NCBI GenBank assembly: GCA_016201795.1
Contig: JACQCF010000010.1
Coordinates: forward strand, 15,095 to 79,094
Source: Candidatus Omnitrophota bacterium
GTDB taxonomy: Bacteria > Omnitrophota > Gorgyraeia > Zapsychrales > Fredricksoniimonadaceae
Direction: 5' to 3'
DNA length: 64,000 nucleotides
Shown here: piece after piece, positions 29,613 through 39,071 of the stretch
Layout of the letters: the number at the start of each line of letters is the position of its first letter
Position numbering within the stretch: position 1 is the stretch's first letter
Translations under genes and position numbers: made by a program
The notes under the pieces: generated by a model
Database searches by the model: none
Seen by the model: the letters and a program-made list of their open reading frames with translations, nothing else
Told to the model about the DNA's origin: nothing

Positions 29613-30218
29613 TCAACCCTTCGACAAGATCAGCCTGGCAACTAGATCTTGTAAATCGACTTTAGCCTTCTCTAAAGAGCCGTTGATGATCACATGGTCG
29701 TAATCTTTGGCTTTCTTTAGTTCTTCTTTGGCGACTTCAAGCCTGATCTTTAAACTGTCGTGGTTTTCCGAAGCGCGTCGTTGAAGGCGTTTTTGCAGCT
29801 CTTTCATGGACGGAGGTTTAATGAAAATCTTGATGGCCTGCGGGAATTGTTGACTGGTCTCTGCGGCGCCTTTGACGTCAATGCATAACAGCACGTGCTT
29901 GCCCTTCTTCAAAAGATTCAAAACCTGACGCCCGGGAGTGCCGTAATAATGATCAAAGACCTTCTCCCATTCTAAAAAATACCCACGCATAATGCGCCTG
30001 GCAAAAGTTTTCTCGTCTAAGAAGAGGTAGTCGCGCCCGTCTTTTTCCCCCAGACGTCTGGCGCGGGTGGTCGCTGAAATGGATTTAACCAGCTTGCCTT
30101 TAAGCTTGGGCGACTCCAATAAGGCTTTATGCAACGTGGTTTTGCCGGAGCCCGAGGGGCCCGAGAGGATGACAATCCTGCCTGTCCTGTCTTTATTCAA
30201 TATTGTTGGCCTGCTCAC
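29613..30218 (-). CDS. gmk: Guanylate kinase (start uncertain)
   Basis: SGPSGSGKTT, SATTR, DGRDY, YYGT. Confidence 0.95.
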   Translation of the reverse strand: MSRPTILNKDRTGRIVILSGPSGSGKTTLHKALLESPKLKGKLVKSISATTRARRLGEKDGRDYLFLDEKTFARRIMRGYFLEWEKVFDHYYGTPGRQVLNLLKKGKHVLLCIDVKGAAETSQQFPQAIKIFIKPPSMKELQKRLQRRASENHDSLKIRLEVAKEELKKAKDYDHVIINGSLEKAKVDLQDLVARLILSKG

Positions 30219-31014
30219 GGATTTTTTCCACCTTGGCTTTCAGGGCAATGACCGCCGCTGAGATTTCTTTGTCCTGAACCTTGGAGCCGATGGTATTGGT
30301 TTCTCTTTGCATTTCCTGGGCGATAAAATCCAGCTTTTTACCGGCCCCGTCGGAGGTTTTCAGCAAGGCCCTGACCTCCTCGATGTGGTGCGACAGGCGG
30401 CTCATTTCTTCATGGATGTCATTGTTTTTTTGATAACTTAAAAATTCATCGCCGGTTGTCTTTGTCTTTTTGTCTTTCAAAAGATGACGGGCGCGCGTTT
30501 TGATTTGTTTGATGCGTGCCTTCATGCGCCTAAGTTGAGTATGAATATCCGTCGCCAGAAAGCGGCCTTCTTTTTTGCGCATCGCCGCCACCGACGACAG
30601 AGCGTGCTCCAGGGCCTTTTGAAGTGGTGGCCACAACTCGTCGGCCTGCACAAAAGTTTCCTTGGACTCCACAACCCCCGGCATCTTAAGCAACTGTGCG
30701 CTCGACAAATCGTTTTTCAAATGCAGCTCTTTGGAAAGCGCTCTGGCAAAGTCCGCGTAACGTTTAACCGCAACCCTGTTAAGGCTGATGGTCATCTGTG
30801 GCTTGTCAGTGATGCGCACCGAAATCGTCACACGGCCGCGTTTGATTTGCCGTGCCATCAATTTCTGAATTTTATCTTCATACGAAGAAAAACCCGGCGG
30901 CAGATAATAGGACGCCTCCAGATAACGGTGATTCACTGATTTGATCTCAACGTTGCCTTTGATTTTTCCAAAGGTCAAATCGCAGGCGCCGAACCCTGTC
31001 ATGCCAGAAATCAT
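30193..31014 (-). CDS. yicC: YicC/YloC family endoribonuclease
   Basis: MTGFG, SVNHRYLE, KKLDFIAQEMQRETNTIGSK, IREQANNIE. Confidence 0.93.
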   Translation of the reverse strand: MISGMTGFGACDLTFGKIKGNVEIKSVNHRYLEASYYLPPGFSSYEDKIQKLMARQIKRGRVTISVRITDKPQMTISLNRVAVKRYADFARALSKELHLKNDLSSAQLLKMPGVVESKETFVQADELWPPLQKALEHALSSVAAMRKKEGRFLATDIHTQLRRMKARIKQIKTRARHLLKDKKTKTTGDEFLSYQKNNDIHEEMSRLSHHIEEVRALLKTSDGAGKKLDFIAQEMQRETNTIGSKVQDKEISAAVIALKAKVEKIREQANNIE

Positions 31015-31040
31015 ATATTCTCCTTTAACAATTCGCCTTT

Positions 31041-31304
31041 TTAAATACGATAGGCATCCTTGCGATGACGAACACGAGACACAATGATTTCTTTATCCGA
31101 AGTGTTGAGCTGATAAATAATCCTGTAGTCACCCGCCCTTAAACGATAGGTATGCTCCGTATCTCTTAACTTTTTACAATCAATAGGCACCGGATTTTCC
31201 GGCAGAGATTCAACTCTTTTAACGATTTTGGAAACCGTTGCGGACGGTAAACGGCGAAGATCTTTACGAACGGATTCTTTCCAGCAGAGCTTATATGGAC
31301 CCAT
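31041..31304 (-). CDS. RelE/ParE family toxin
   Basis: KKLRDTEHTYRLRAGDYRIIY...HRKDAYR. Confidence 0.9.
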   Translation of the reverse strand: MGPYKLCWKESVRKDLRRLPSATVSKIVKRVESLPENPVPIDCKKLRDTEHTYRLRAGDYRIIYQLNTSDKEIIVSRVRHRKDAYRI

Positions 31305-31491
31305 CTTTTTTCAACTCCGCCAGAAAATCTTTATGTGTTACAGTTTTATCCTTGCGGCGTTCGGCAACCACGGCTAAATCTGCCAAATCTTCCAAGAGAT
31401 CCTCATACTCCCTATACGGCAGGATAACGGATTTGCGTTTCCCTTTACGATCAACAATAAAATCTTCGTGAATTTTCAACATACTTTTCAC
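31291..31491 (-). CDS. Cognate antitoxin
   Basis: GKRKSVILPYREYEDLLEDLADL; overlaps the toxin start. Confidence 0.8.
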   Translation of the reverse strand: MKSMLKIHEDFIVDRKGKRKSVILPYREYEDLLEDLADLAVVAERRKDKTVTHKDFLAELKKDGSI

Positions 31492-31548
31492 CTCTTAAAA
31501 TTAAGTATACCATCCCCCATATATAAAACAAACAAAGAACTTTTATAA

Positions 31549-31593
31549 CAGGCACCGAACCCTGTCATGCCGCTAATCATTTTTTCTCCTTTA
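31549..31593 (-). pseudogene. Duplicated yicC 5' end (RBS plus 11 codons MISGMTGFGAC)
   Basis: Matches 30983-31026; differences in the coding part are synonymous. Confidence 0.85.
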
Positions 31594-32034
31594 CTGCAAC
31601 AATTCACTTTTCCTAAACCACAAGGCGATTTCGCGGCGGGCCTCGTCGGTGGAGCTGGAGACATGCACGACGTTTTCGAACAAGCCCTTGGTCGTGATGC
31701 GCCCGTATTTGCCGCGCACGCTTTTGGGGCCAGCCTCCTCGGGGTTGGTGGCGCCGGCAATACGCCGGCATTTGGCAATGGCGCCGCGGCCTTCAAAAAC
31801 CATGGCCACCACCGGCAATCCGTCGTGGAATTTGCCAGTTAGATACTCGACAATTTGCCAGTAAAAAAATTTGTCCTTCAAAAGTGCGTAATGCGCCTTA
31901 GCCAGTTGATCCGAGGCCTTGACCAGCTTGAGTCCCGCCAGTTTCAAATCACTGGAAACAAATTGGCTGAAAACATCGCCGACGATCGCCTTCTGCAATC
32001 CTTCGGGTTTGATGAGTACCAGCACCTGTTCCAT
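31591..32034 (-). CDS. ndk: Nucleoside diphosphate kinase
   Basis: LIKPEG, GATNP, SVRGKYG, NVVH. Confidence 0.92.
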   Translation of the reverse strand: MEQVLVLIKPEGLQKAIVGDVFSQFVSSDLKLAGLKLVKASDQLAKAHYALLKDKFFYWQIVEYLTGKFHDGLPVVAMVFEGRGAIAKCRRIAGATNPEEAGPKSVRGKYGRITTKGLFENVVHVSSSTDEARREIALWFRKSELLQ

Positions 32035-32037
32035 AGG

Positions 32038-32937
32038 TTATTGTTTCCTTAAGATCCCTAAAATCCTATCCAAATCATTGAGGGAATAATACTCGACGAT
32101 GAGTTTGCCTCTGCCCTTTTTGTCCTCGATGGTAACTTTGGTCCCCAGAATCTTGCGCAGCTCATCCTCAAGATGGGCGATGTCAGGGTCTTTGGCCTTT
32201 TGTGTTTTGGTTTTTTTAGGCGCCTTACTGGAAGATTGTCTGACCAAGCCTTCGACGGATCGCACCGAGAGGCTCTGCTGAATAATTTGCTCGGCCATTT
32301 TTAGTTGCGCTTCTTCATTATCCAGCCCTAAAAGCGCCCGCGCATGGCCCATGGAAATTTTCTCCTGCACAATCTGCCGCTGAATTTTTGCAGGAAGTTT
32401 AAGAAGTCTTAGCGTATTGACCAGCGTGGTGCGGTCTTTGCCCACCGCCTGCGCGATCTGATCCTGATTGAGTTTAAACTCATTGACCAAACGTTCAAAA
32501 GCCTTGGCTTCGTCGATCACATTGAGGTCTTCGCGCTGAATGTTCTCGATCAAGGCCATCAGCAGCGTTTCTGCGTCGGAGACATTTTTGACAAACACCG
32601 GTACGGCCTCCAGGCCCAGCGCGCGGGCGGCCATCAGACGGCGCTGGCCGGCAACCACCTGAAAACCTGCGTTGGTCGTGCGCACCACGATCGGCTGCAG
32701 AATCCCTTTTTCCTTAATAGAAATCTTCAGCTCCTGCAGATCGGCGTCGTCATAATTCTGGCGCGGCTGATAAGGGTTGTTGGCTATAACCGATGTTGCC
32801 AGGTAAGAAATAAAATCCGCGGATTGGACCGGCTGGTCCTGTTTCGCCACTGCTTCAAACGGATTTTCACTACCTGTTGCATCTTTGACCTGCGAAAGTA
32901 AAGCGGAGAGTCCTTTGCCTAAAGCTTTTTTATCCAT
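32038..32937 (-). CDS. parB: Chromosome partitioning protein ParB
   Basis: ALGKGLSAL, NPYQPR, GILQPI, ENIQREDL, HTH. Confidence 0.96.
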   Translation of the reverse strand: MDKKALGKGLSALLSQVKDATGSENPFEAVAKQDQPVQSADFISYLATSVIANNPYQPRQNYDDADLQELKISIKEKGILQPIVVRTTNAGFQVVAGQRRLMAARALGLEAVPVFVKNVSDAETLLMALIENIQREDLNVIDEAKAFERLVNEFKLNQDQIAQAVGKDRTTLVNTLRLLKLPAKIQRQIVQEKISMGHARALLGLDNEEAQLKMAEQIIQQSLSVRSVEGLVRQSSSKAPKKTKTQKAKDPDIAHLEDELRKILGTKVTIEDKKGRGKLIVEYYSLNDLDRILGILRKQ

Positions 32938-33089
32938 GGAAGTCTCCTAATAGTTATTACTGCTTGACAAAATTACGTTACCTCACTAAAGTATTTTTGT
33001 TTTTCCTGTACCACCCTGTCTCCCCGACAGGTTTCTTCCATTATTTCCCCCATATATTGTTTCAACCTCATTTAAGCTAGGAGCCTGTT

Positions 33090-33299
33090 GTGAAAATTCT
33101 CTTTAACGAAGAAACCTGGGAATTCACCGCTAAAATTATTTCTGACCTGGGTAAAAACATTGTTAGTATCGGATTTGCCAGTTATTTTTTCAAAGACCTC
33201 CCCTTGCCATTTCGTGTGGGAATTGGTATACTTGGGGTGGCTGCTATCATATCGGGCATTGCTATGATTTCCAAAAAAGGAGATAAAAGATGGAAATGA
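33090..33299 (+). CDS. Small two-TM membrane protein
   Basis: AKIISDLGK followed by two hydrophobic helices; low-GC insert between parA and parB. Confidence 0.55.
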   Translation: MKILFNEETWEFTAKIISDLGKNIVSIGFASYFFKDLPLPFRVGIGILGVAAIISGIAMISKKGDKRWK

Positions 33300-33394
33300 T
33301 AATAATAATATCCGTATTTCTGGCTGGTATTTTAATTTTGTTTTACTTAGACCATCGTCCACGCAAAACGGACCATCAGCCGCAAAAACATTAA
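33290..33394 (+). CDS. 34-aa single-TM peptide MEMIIIISVFLAGILILFYLDHRPRKTDHQPQKH
   Basis: AGGAG SD; overlaps the previous ORF; not in the ORF track. Confidence 0.5.
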   Translation: MEMIIIISVFLAGILILFYLDHRPRKTDHQPQKH

Positions 33395-33576
33395 AATTAC
33401 TTAATTGCATATTTTGAATTCTTGCGCGTCTGCCTACCAAGGAGGCAACTAATAGAATTGATAGTATCGGTCGCAGTTGTTTTTTCTGTCCTAATTGGTT
33501 GGGTGTTTTGGGATAGATATCATGGTCATCCATAAAAACACTAAATATTTTTAATGTGTTCATAACTTGTTTAATA

Positions 33577-34356
33577 TCAAGTATTTACAACTATTCCACT
33601 TACCTTTAACATCTCCTGCGCCAGCTCCTTGTACTTCACTGCTCCCACGGATGTAGGATCATACACATGAATCGGCTTACCGAAGCTGGGCGCCTCACTC
33701 AAACGCACATTGCGCGGGATAATGGTGCTGTACACCTTCTCTTTAAAGAACTCTTTAATTTCCTTGATTACTTCGTTGGTCAGGTTGGTACGGAAATCCG
33801 CCATGGTCAAAAGCACGCCTTCAATTTCAAGCATGGCATTGAGTCCGTCTTTGACTAAATGAATAGTGTTTAAAAGCCCGCCGACCCCCTCCAGGGCGTA
33901 GAACTCGCATTGAATAGGGATAAGAATCGTATCAGCGGCAACCAAGGTATTCAGGGTCAATAGCCCCAAGGACGGCGGCGAATCAATGAAAATAAAGTCA
34001 TACTGAGTCTTGATAGTATCAAGCGCTTTTTTCAAACGCGTTTCGCGCGATAAAACGCCAACCAGCTCAATCTCAGCTCCGGTCAAATTGATATTGCATG
34101 GCGCTAAACTTAAGTTAGGATAATTGGTAGGAATAAGAACTTCGCTGATACTGGATTTTTGAATGAGAACATCGTAAATCGAGGATTTGATTTCATTCTT
34201 ATTGACCCCGATCCCGCTGGTGGCATTACCCTGGGGATCCATATCAACTAGGAGCACTTTCTTGCCTGAATCTGACAAAGCTGCCGAAAGATTGACCGCA
34301 GTGGTGGTCTTTCCTGTGCCGCCTTTTTGATTGCATATAGCTATGGTTTTTGGCAT
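33577..34356 (-). CDS. parA: Chromosome partitioning ATPase ParA/Soj
   Basis: NQKGGTGKTT, DMDPQGN, DSPPSLG, LSEAPSFG. Confidence 0.96.
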   Translation of the reverse strand: MPKTIAICNQKGGTGKTTTAVNLSAALSDSGKKVLLVDMDPQGNATSGIGVNKNEIKSSIYDVLIQKSSISEVLIPTNYPNLSLAPCNINLTGAEIELVGVLSRETRLKKALDTIKTQYDFIFIDSPPSLGLLTLNTLVAADTILIPIQCEFYALEGVGGLLNTIHLVKDGLNAMLEIEGVLLTMADFRTNLTNEVIKEIKEFFKEKVYSTIIPRNVRLSEAPSFGKPIHVYDPTSVGAVKYKELAQEMLKVSGIVVNT

Positions 34357-34374
34357 ATCTCTATCTTACTACTT

Positions 34375-34390
34375 TGTTTCACGTGAAATC
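34375..34390. promoter_or_regulatory. parS site
   Basis: TGTTTCACGTGAAATC versus consensus TGTTTCACGTGAAACA; next to parAB. Confidence 0.8.
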
Positions 34391-34407
34391 CGCCACCAAA
34401 AACTCTT

Positions 34408-34611
34408 TTACATCTTAACCACTACCCTGATCTTGGCCTGTTTGGAACCAACCATGCCAAAAAGCCCCCTCTTTTCCTCGCAAACGATCTTTATCTCCAT
34501 ATTTTCCCTGAGCAGACCAAGGGTTCTTTCGGCTTTACTAATCGCCTCTTCGACTGTATTGCCTTCAAATTCCGCTTCTGTATTGTTATGACTATTCAAA
34601 TGCACGTTCAA
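34408..34611 (-). CDS. Stand-alone Jag N-terminal domain protein
   Basis: EFEGNTVEEAI...KRGLFG...AKIRV; canonical position after yidC. Confidence 0.8.
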   Translation of the reverse strand: MNVHLNSHNNTEAEFEGNTVEEAISKAERTLGLLRENMEIKIVCEEKRGLFGMVGSKQAKIRVVVKM

Positions 34612-34617
34612 CCTCTC

Positions 34618-34827
34618 TTACACAAACACATATTCCGAAACGGCCTGAGGTTTCGGGACAGGGATACCATCTTCCGCTAATCCCTGCACATGTATCTTGA
34701 TTGCTTCATACATGTTTTTCTCGACTTGCTGTATAGTCTTCCCCGTTGCCACACAACCTGGTAAATCTGGAGAATATGCGGAATAGTTTTTCTTTGCATG
34801 TTCAATCACAATAAGAAAGCGGTGCAT
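34618..34827 (-). CDS. hicB: HicB family antitoxin
   Basis: YSAYSPDLPGCVATGKT. Confidence 0.9.
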   Translation of the reverse strand: MHRFLIVIEHAKKNYSAYSPDLPGCVATGKTIQQVEKNMYEAIKIHVQGLAEDGIPVPKPQAVSEYVFV

Positions 34828-35021
34828 TATTTTACCTCCTTTAATTTAGCTTGTTTCAAAATGCTATTAAGAGTTCCTGGTGCCAAATCATGTCCTAGAT
34901 TGCCGGCAATTGTTACTCGTCCGGGTTTATCCATATGTTTATATTGTCGGTGGCTTCCCTTGGTTTCTATCCAGTACCAACCATCTTTTTCTATGATTTT
35001 AATTATTTCCCGAATCTTCAT
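34827..35021 (-). CDS. hicA: HicA family toxin
   Basis: DGW...KGSHRQYKH...GTLNSILKQA. Confidence 0.9.
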   Translation of the reverse strand: MKIREIIKIIEKDGWYWIETKGSHRQYKHMDKPGRVTIAGNLGHDLAPGTLNSILKQAKLKEVK

Positions 35022-35042
35022 AAAACTCACTGAAATTACCAA

Positions 35043-35058
35043 TGTTCCACGTGAAATC
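35043..35058. promoter_or_regulatory. parS site
   Basis: TGTTCCACGTGAAATC abutting the yidC stop codon. Confidence 0.75.
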
Positions 35059-36659
35059 TACTTTGCTTTAGCCATTTTCCACTGGGTCCAGGTAGACAAA
35101 GAATAAGAAACCGTAAAATATAAAGGCAAAGCACTGGCTATGTTATAGAAAATCCCGGCAATAAAAATCGGCATCATAAATTTCATCATCTTTTGCTGCA
35201 TGGCCTGAGTCTCGTCGGTGGTGACCATATTTTTGGAGGAAATTTTCTGTTGGAAAAACATTAAAATACCCACCATCACTGGTAATATATTAACCTCATT
35301 GCCTAAGAATGGCAAGCTAAAAGGTAAAATAAATAATCGGTCTGGCTGGGAGAGGTCTTTAATCCACAAAAACCCCTGCCCCTGAAAATAACAGGAGCGC
35401 CAAAAAACTTGATAAGCCGCATAAAAAACAGGCATTTGTAACAACAGCAACAAACACCCGCCTCCCAAAGGATTAACCCCTCCTTGTTTGTAAAGCTCTG
35501 CCATCTCTGTGTGCATCTTTTTTTGATCACCCTTATAACGCTCTTGGACAGCCTTGATTTTGGGTTGCAATTTTTGCATTTTGGCTTGTGTTTCCCGCAT
35601 GGAAAGCATGCCTTTGACAGTCAACGGATAAGTTACCCCATAAATTAAGGCGCCTACTACTATAATAGACAACCCCCAGTTGTTTAATAAGGCATGAACC
35701 AAGGGTAAAAGATAATAAATAGCTTTGGCTGGTATTTCAAATATCCACCAATTGCTAAAACTGACTATTTTTTCGTATTTTTGACCATACTTATTAAGCC
35801 ATCTGGTATCCTGAGGGCCTCCTACGATATCGAAATCATACGTAACTGTTTGGCCTGGTTGAAGTTGCTGCTCTTTTGTTTTGATATTAACATTCAGCTG
35901 GTTATCTCCAACCACTTCATTTTCATAGCCTTTGGTCTCAAATATTGGTTTTATAATGAAGGCATAATAACGATCCCGGAAACCTACCCAGCCAACGGAT
36001 CCGGTTGTGAGTCGATTGTTTTTGTTCGTAAACTTATACGCATTGCCTATGCGGAAAATTTTATTGTTTTCCAGAATGGAAATTTCATTTAGCATGGCAT
36101 TTCTGTCATTTTTAAAATCTGAATCAGAAGCATTAATAGCAATGGTTTTAAATTCAAAACTTTTCAGTATGGAAACGTCTTTCACATTAGAAATTTCTAT
36201 CCTTAATTTGATATTGTGAACATCGGCAATATCAAAATGTTTAACTATTCTCCATTCTGAGTCAGAATAAGTATAAACAGCGCTCTTGGCATCATGACTG
36301 GTTAAAACAAAGGGAGCTTGCTCAAACCCTTTGAGCGTGAGCATGTCTAATAATGGTAGCGTTTTCTCATCACCAGTTATATGAACATTGTGGAGTAATC
36401 CACCCATATTTGACAATTTTATACTCAAATGAGTGGTGTTAAATTCAGTTATTTCTGCTTTTATGTTTGGCTTAGTGGGTTTTTCTATTATAGCGGGGGA
36501 TAAGGATATCTCTTGGGACGATATTTCTTTATGTTCTTTATTTTGAAGTAGTTGTGTATTTTTAAGCATTTGTGCCTGTTTTGGTAGCACAAAAATGCTC
36601 TGGTAAACCGTTAAAACCAGCATGGATAAGGCAATGGCTAAAATAAAATTTCTGTCCAT
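35058..36659 (-). CDS. yidC: Membrane protein insertase YidC
   Basis: NWGLSII, MQKLQPKI, GVNPLGGGCL, FLWIKDLSQPD. Confidence 0.95.
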   Translation of the reverse strand: MDRNFILAIALSMLVLTVYQSIFVLPKQAQMLKNTQLLQNKEHKEISSQEISLSPAIIEKPTKPNIKAEITEFNTTHLSIKLSNMGGLLHNVHITGDEKTLPLLDMLTLKGFEQAPFVLTSHDAKSAVYTYSDSEWRIVKHFDIADVHNIKLRIEISNVKDVSILKSFEFKTIAINASDSDFKNDRNAMLNEISILENNKIFRIGNAYKFTNKNNRLTTGSVGWVGFRDRYYAFIIKPIFETKGYENEVVGDNQLNVNIKTKEQQLQPGQTVTYDFDIVGGPQDTRWLNKYGQKYEKIVSFSNWWIFEIPAKAIYYLLPLVHALLNNWGLSIIVVGALIYGVTYPLTVKGMLSMRETQAKMQKLQPKIKAVQERYKGDQKKMHTEMAELYKQGGVNPLGGGCLLLLLQMPVFYAAYQVFWRSCYFQGQGFLWIKDLSQPDRLFILPFSLPFLGNEVNILPVMVGILMFFQQKISSKNMVTTDETQAMQQKMMKFMMPIFIAGIFYNIASALPLYFTVSYSLSTWTQWKMAKAK

Positions 36660-36660
36660 A

Positions 36661-36870
36661 TCAAATCACCGGATCGTAGCCGCCTTTCGATAGGGGAGAG
36701 CAGCGCGCTATACGCCACGCCCCAAAGAGGACGCCTTTGATAACCCCGTGTTTATCGATCGCCTGGGCGGTATAATGCGAGCAGGAGGGATAAAAGCGGC
36801 AGGTATCCGCCGCCAATAGCCGGCTAATTTTTTGGTAGGCTTTAAGGACAGCTAAAAAAAGTCTGGTCAT
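36661..36870 (-). CDS. yidD: Membrane protein insertion efficiency factor
   Basis: CRFYPSCSHY...RCSPLSKGGYDPV. Confidence 0.94.
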   Translation of the reverse strand: MTRLFLAVLKAYQKISRLLAADTCRFYPSCSHYTAQAIDKHGVIKGVLFGAWRIARCSPLSKGGYDPVI

Positions 36871-36882
36871 GGGAAAAATGTT

Positions 36883-37020
36883 TTAAGGAATTAGCTGATG
36901 GCGGCCTTTGGCCCGACGACGGGCCAAAACCTTGCGGCCGTCGCTGGTGGCCATGCGTTTTCTAAATCCGTGTTTCCTGATCCCGACAATGTTGGTCGGC
37001 GTTTTCAAATGCTTTTTCAT
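36883..37020 (-). CDS. rpmH: 50S ribosomal protein L34
   Basis: Manual translation [45 protein letters not shown]. Confidence 0.93.
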   Translation of the reverse strand: MKKHLKTPTNIVGIRKHGFRKRMATSDGRKVLARRRAKGRHQLIP

Positions 37021-37447
37021 ATTGGCGCAAATTATAACACAGGCTTCTGCTACGTCAAGTTTTTTAGATTTGAGTTGACGCTATTGGCCATGTCTTCTAC
37101 TGTGAAACGGCGGGTCCTGTCTTCGGGCATCCCCATCGTCCTCGTTCCTGCGGGCGATGGCCCCGCCTTGGCGGGGCTCAGCCACCCGCCTGCATTCATG
37201 GGAGAGGGGATAGGTCGTTAGGACATTATTTGTGAAACGATCAGGGATTTTTTGCCAAAGGTTGGTGAGGAATTACAGCGAGCCTGTCCATAAACAAGTG
37301 CTTCTATAAGACAGACGAGCTGTAAACCGAAACCAACGGCAAAAATATCCCGTTGAGCAAATAATGCCCTAACACCCTCAATAAAGACAAAGCCTATTTG
37401 ATGAACGCAGGTTAGGTTTGTACTAAATTCCGTCGAGAAAAAAATCG

Positions 37448-37516
37448 TTGCAATGACCTTGGGCTTTGTTATAATGACCAGCTACTAAAGGTGTATTTAT
37501 CCACAATTGTGAATAA
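37448..37516 (+). promoter_or_regulatory. dnaA promoter with DnaA boxes
   Basis: TTGCAA-N16-TATAAT; TTATCCACA at 37497 and TGTGAATAA at 37508. Confidence 0.7.
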
Positions 37517-37539
37517 ACTGTGTACTATTCTCGTCGAAA

Positions 37540-38874
37540 ATGACCTTAATTGACCTCTGGCACAAAGCGCAGGAACCCCTCAAAGAACAGGTAGGCCCAA
37601 CCGGCTACGACACGTGGCTGGCCAGTCTCAAAGCCCTGCATAAAGACGCCGACACGCTTTTATTGCAGGCCCCGGACGAGTTCTTTAAAAACTGGATCAT
37701 CGAGCATTACGCGCCAACCATCGAGCGCTGCCTTAAACAGGAGGCGGGCAGGGGAGTGGCGGTGGAATTTGAAGTCAACGCCTCGCCTTTGCCCTCGCCG
37801 ACTAATCCCAAATCTGAGCCCATGGAGAAACCATTTGACCAGACCCCCGCTCGGCCGGCGCATTTAAATCCGCGGTTTCTGTTTGAAAATTTTGTGGTGG
37901 GCGCCTCAAACCGTTTTGCCTATGCCGCGGCCCAGGCCGTGGCTGAGGCGCCGGCGAAAATGTACAATCCATTTTTTATCTACGGGCCCGTGGGTCTGGG
38001 CAAAACGCATCTGTTGCAGGCCATCACCCATGACATCAGCCGCAAACACCCGGCTTTAAAAGCTTGCTACATTACCTCCGAACAATTTACCAATGAGCTC
38101 ATTAACGCCATTCGTCACCGCTGTGGAGAAAATTTTCGCCAGAAGTACCGCACCATCGACGTGCTTTTGATTGACGACATCCATTTTATCGCCGGTAAAG
38201 AGTCCACCCAGGAAGAATTTTTCCATACCTTCAACACCCTGCATGATCATCGCAAACAAATTATCATTTGCTCCGACCGGCCGCCGAAAGAAATCGCCCA
38301 TCTGGAAGACCGTCTGGTGTCGCGCTTTAACTGGGGACTGATTGCCGACATTCAGCCCCCCGATTATGAAACCCGGGCGGCCATCTTGCATAAAAAATTG
38401 GAATTGGAATCCGTCAAAGTCCCCGAAGACGTGGTCACGTTTATTGCCAGTGAAATCAAAACCAATATTCGCGAATTGGAAGGCGCACTTTTGAGAGTGG
38501 TGGCCTATGCCATACTGGAAGAAAAGCCCGTGAATCTGGCCGTGGCCAAAACGGTTCTTAAGCACATGGTCAAGGAAATGGTCAAAACCATCAGCGTGGA
38601 TATGGTACAAAAAGAAGTGGCGGAATTTTTTAATCTTACGCTTTATGATCTGAAAAACAAAAGCCGGCATAAAAACGTGGTTGTCCCCAGGCAGGTGGCC
38701 ATGTATCTGTCGCGCAAATTGACCGCGCATTCTCTGCCGGAAATCGGCGCGGCGTTTGGCGGCAAAGACCATACCACCATCTTGTATGCGGTTAAAAAAG
38801 TTGAAGAAGTTCTTTTAAAAGACGAACAAATAAGGAAAATAGTAGAAACGTTAAAGAATAGCTTGTTAGAATAA
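37540..38874 (+). CDS. dnaA: Chromosomal replication initiator
   Basis: GPVGLGKTHL, LLIDDIHF, EEFFHTFN, GGKDHTT. Confidence 0.98.
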   Translation: MTLIDLWHKAQEPLKEQVGPTGYDTWLASLKALHKDADTLLLQAPDEFFKNWIIEHYAPTIERCLKQEAGRGVAVEFEVNASPLPSPTNPKSEPMEKPFDQTPARPAHLNPRFLFENFVVGASNRFAYAAAQAVAEAPAKMYNPFFIYGPVGLGKTHLLQAITHDISRKHPALKACYITSEQFTNELINAIRHRCGENFRQKYRTIDVLLIDDIHFIAGKESTQEEFFHTFNTLHDHRKQIIICSDRPPKEIAHLEDRLVSRFNWGLIADIQPPDYETRAAILHKKLELESVKVPEDVVTFIASEIKTNIRELEGALLRVVAYAILEEKPVNLAVAKTVLKHMVKEMVKTISVDMVQKEVAEFFNLTLYDLKNKSRHKNVVVPRQVAMYLSRKLTAHSLPEIGAAFGGKDHTTILYAVKKVEEVLLKDEQIRKIVETLKNSLLE

Positions 38875-38899
38875 GATTCTTACCTACCTGACGGCAGTC

Positions 38900-39035
38900 A
38901 GGACTGTGTATAAGTGTTCAAGGTTATCCCAAGGTTATCCACAGCTGTGTATATTGTAACTGATTGAAAAATTGAAGGTTTGATGCCTTATTCAAATTAT
39001 CCACAGGACTTACTAAGACGACTTCTATTTGAAGA
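38900..39035. other. oriC unwinding region
   Basis: DnaA boxes TTATCCACA at 38935 and 38997 plus degenerate boxes; trio-like tract ACTTACTAAGACGACTTCTA; gene-strand switch across this region. Confidence 0.8.
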
Positions 39036-39071
39036 ACTCAATCATAAATTAGATGAATCAAGGGTGTGAAT

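Noticed and set aside
33072-33563. 163-aa minus-strand ORF between parA and parB
   Set aside because: No recognisable motifs; the plus-strand small membrane ORFs, one with an SD, look more gene-like. Not fully excluded.
38056-38772. 238-aa minus-strand ORF
   Set aside because: Antisense shadow of dnaA.
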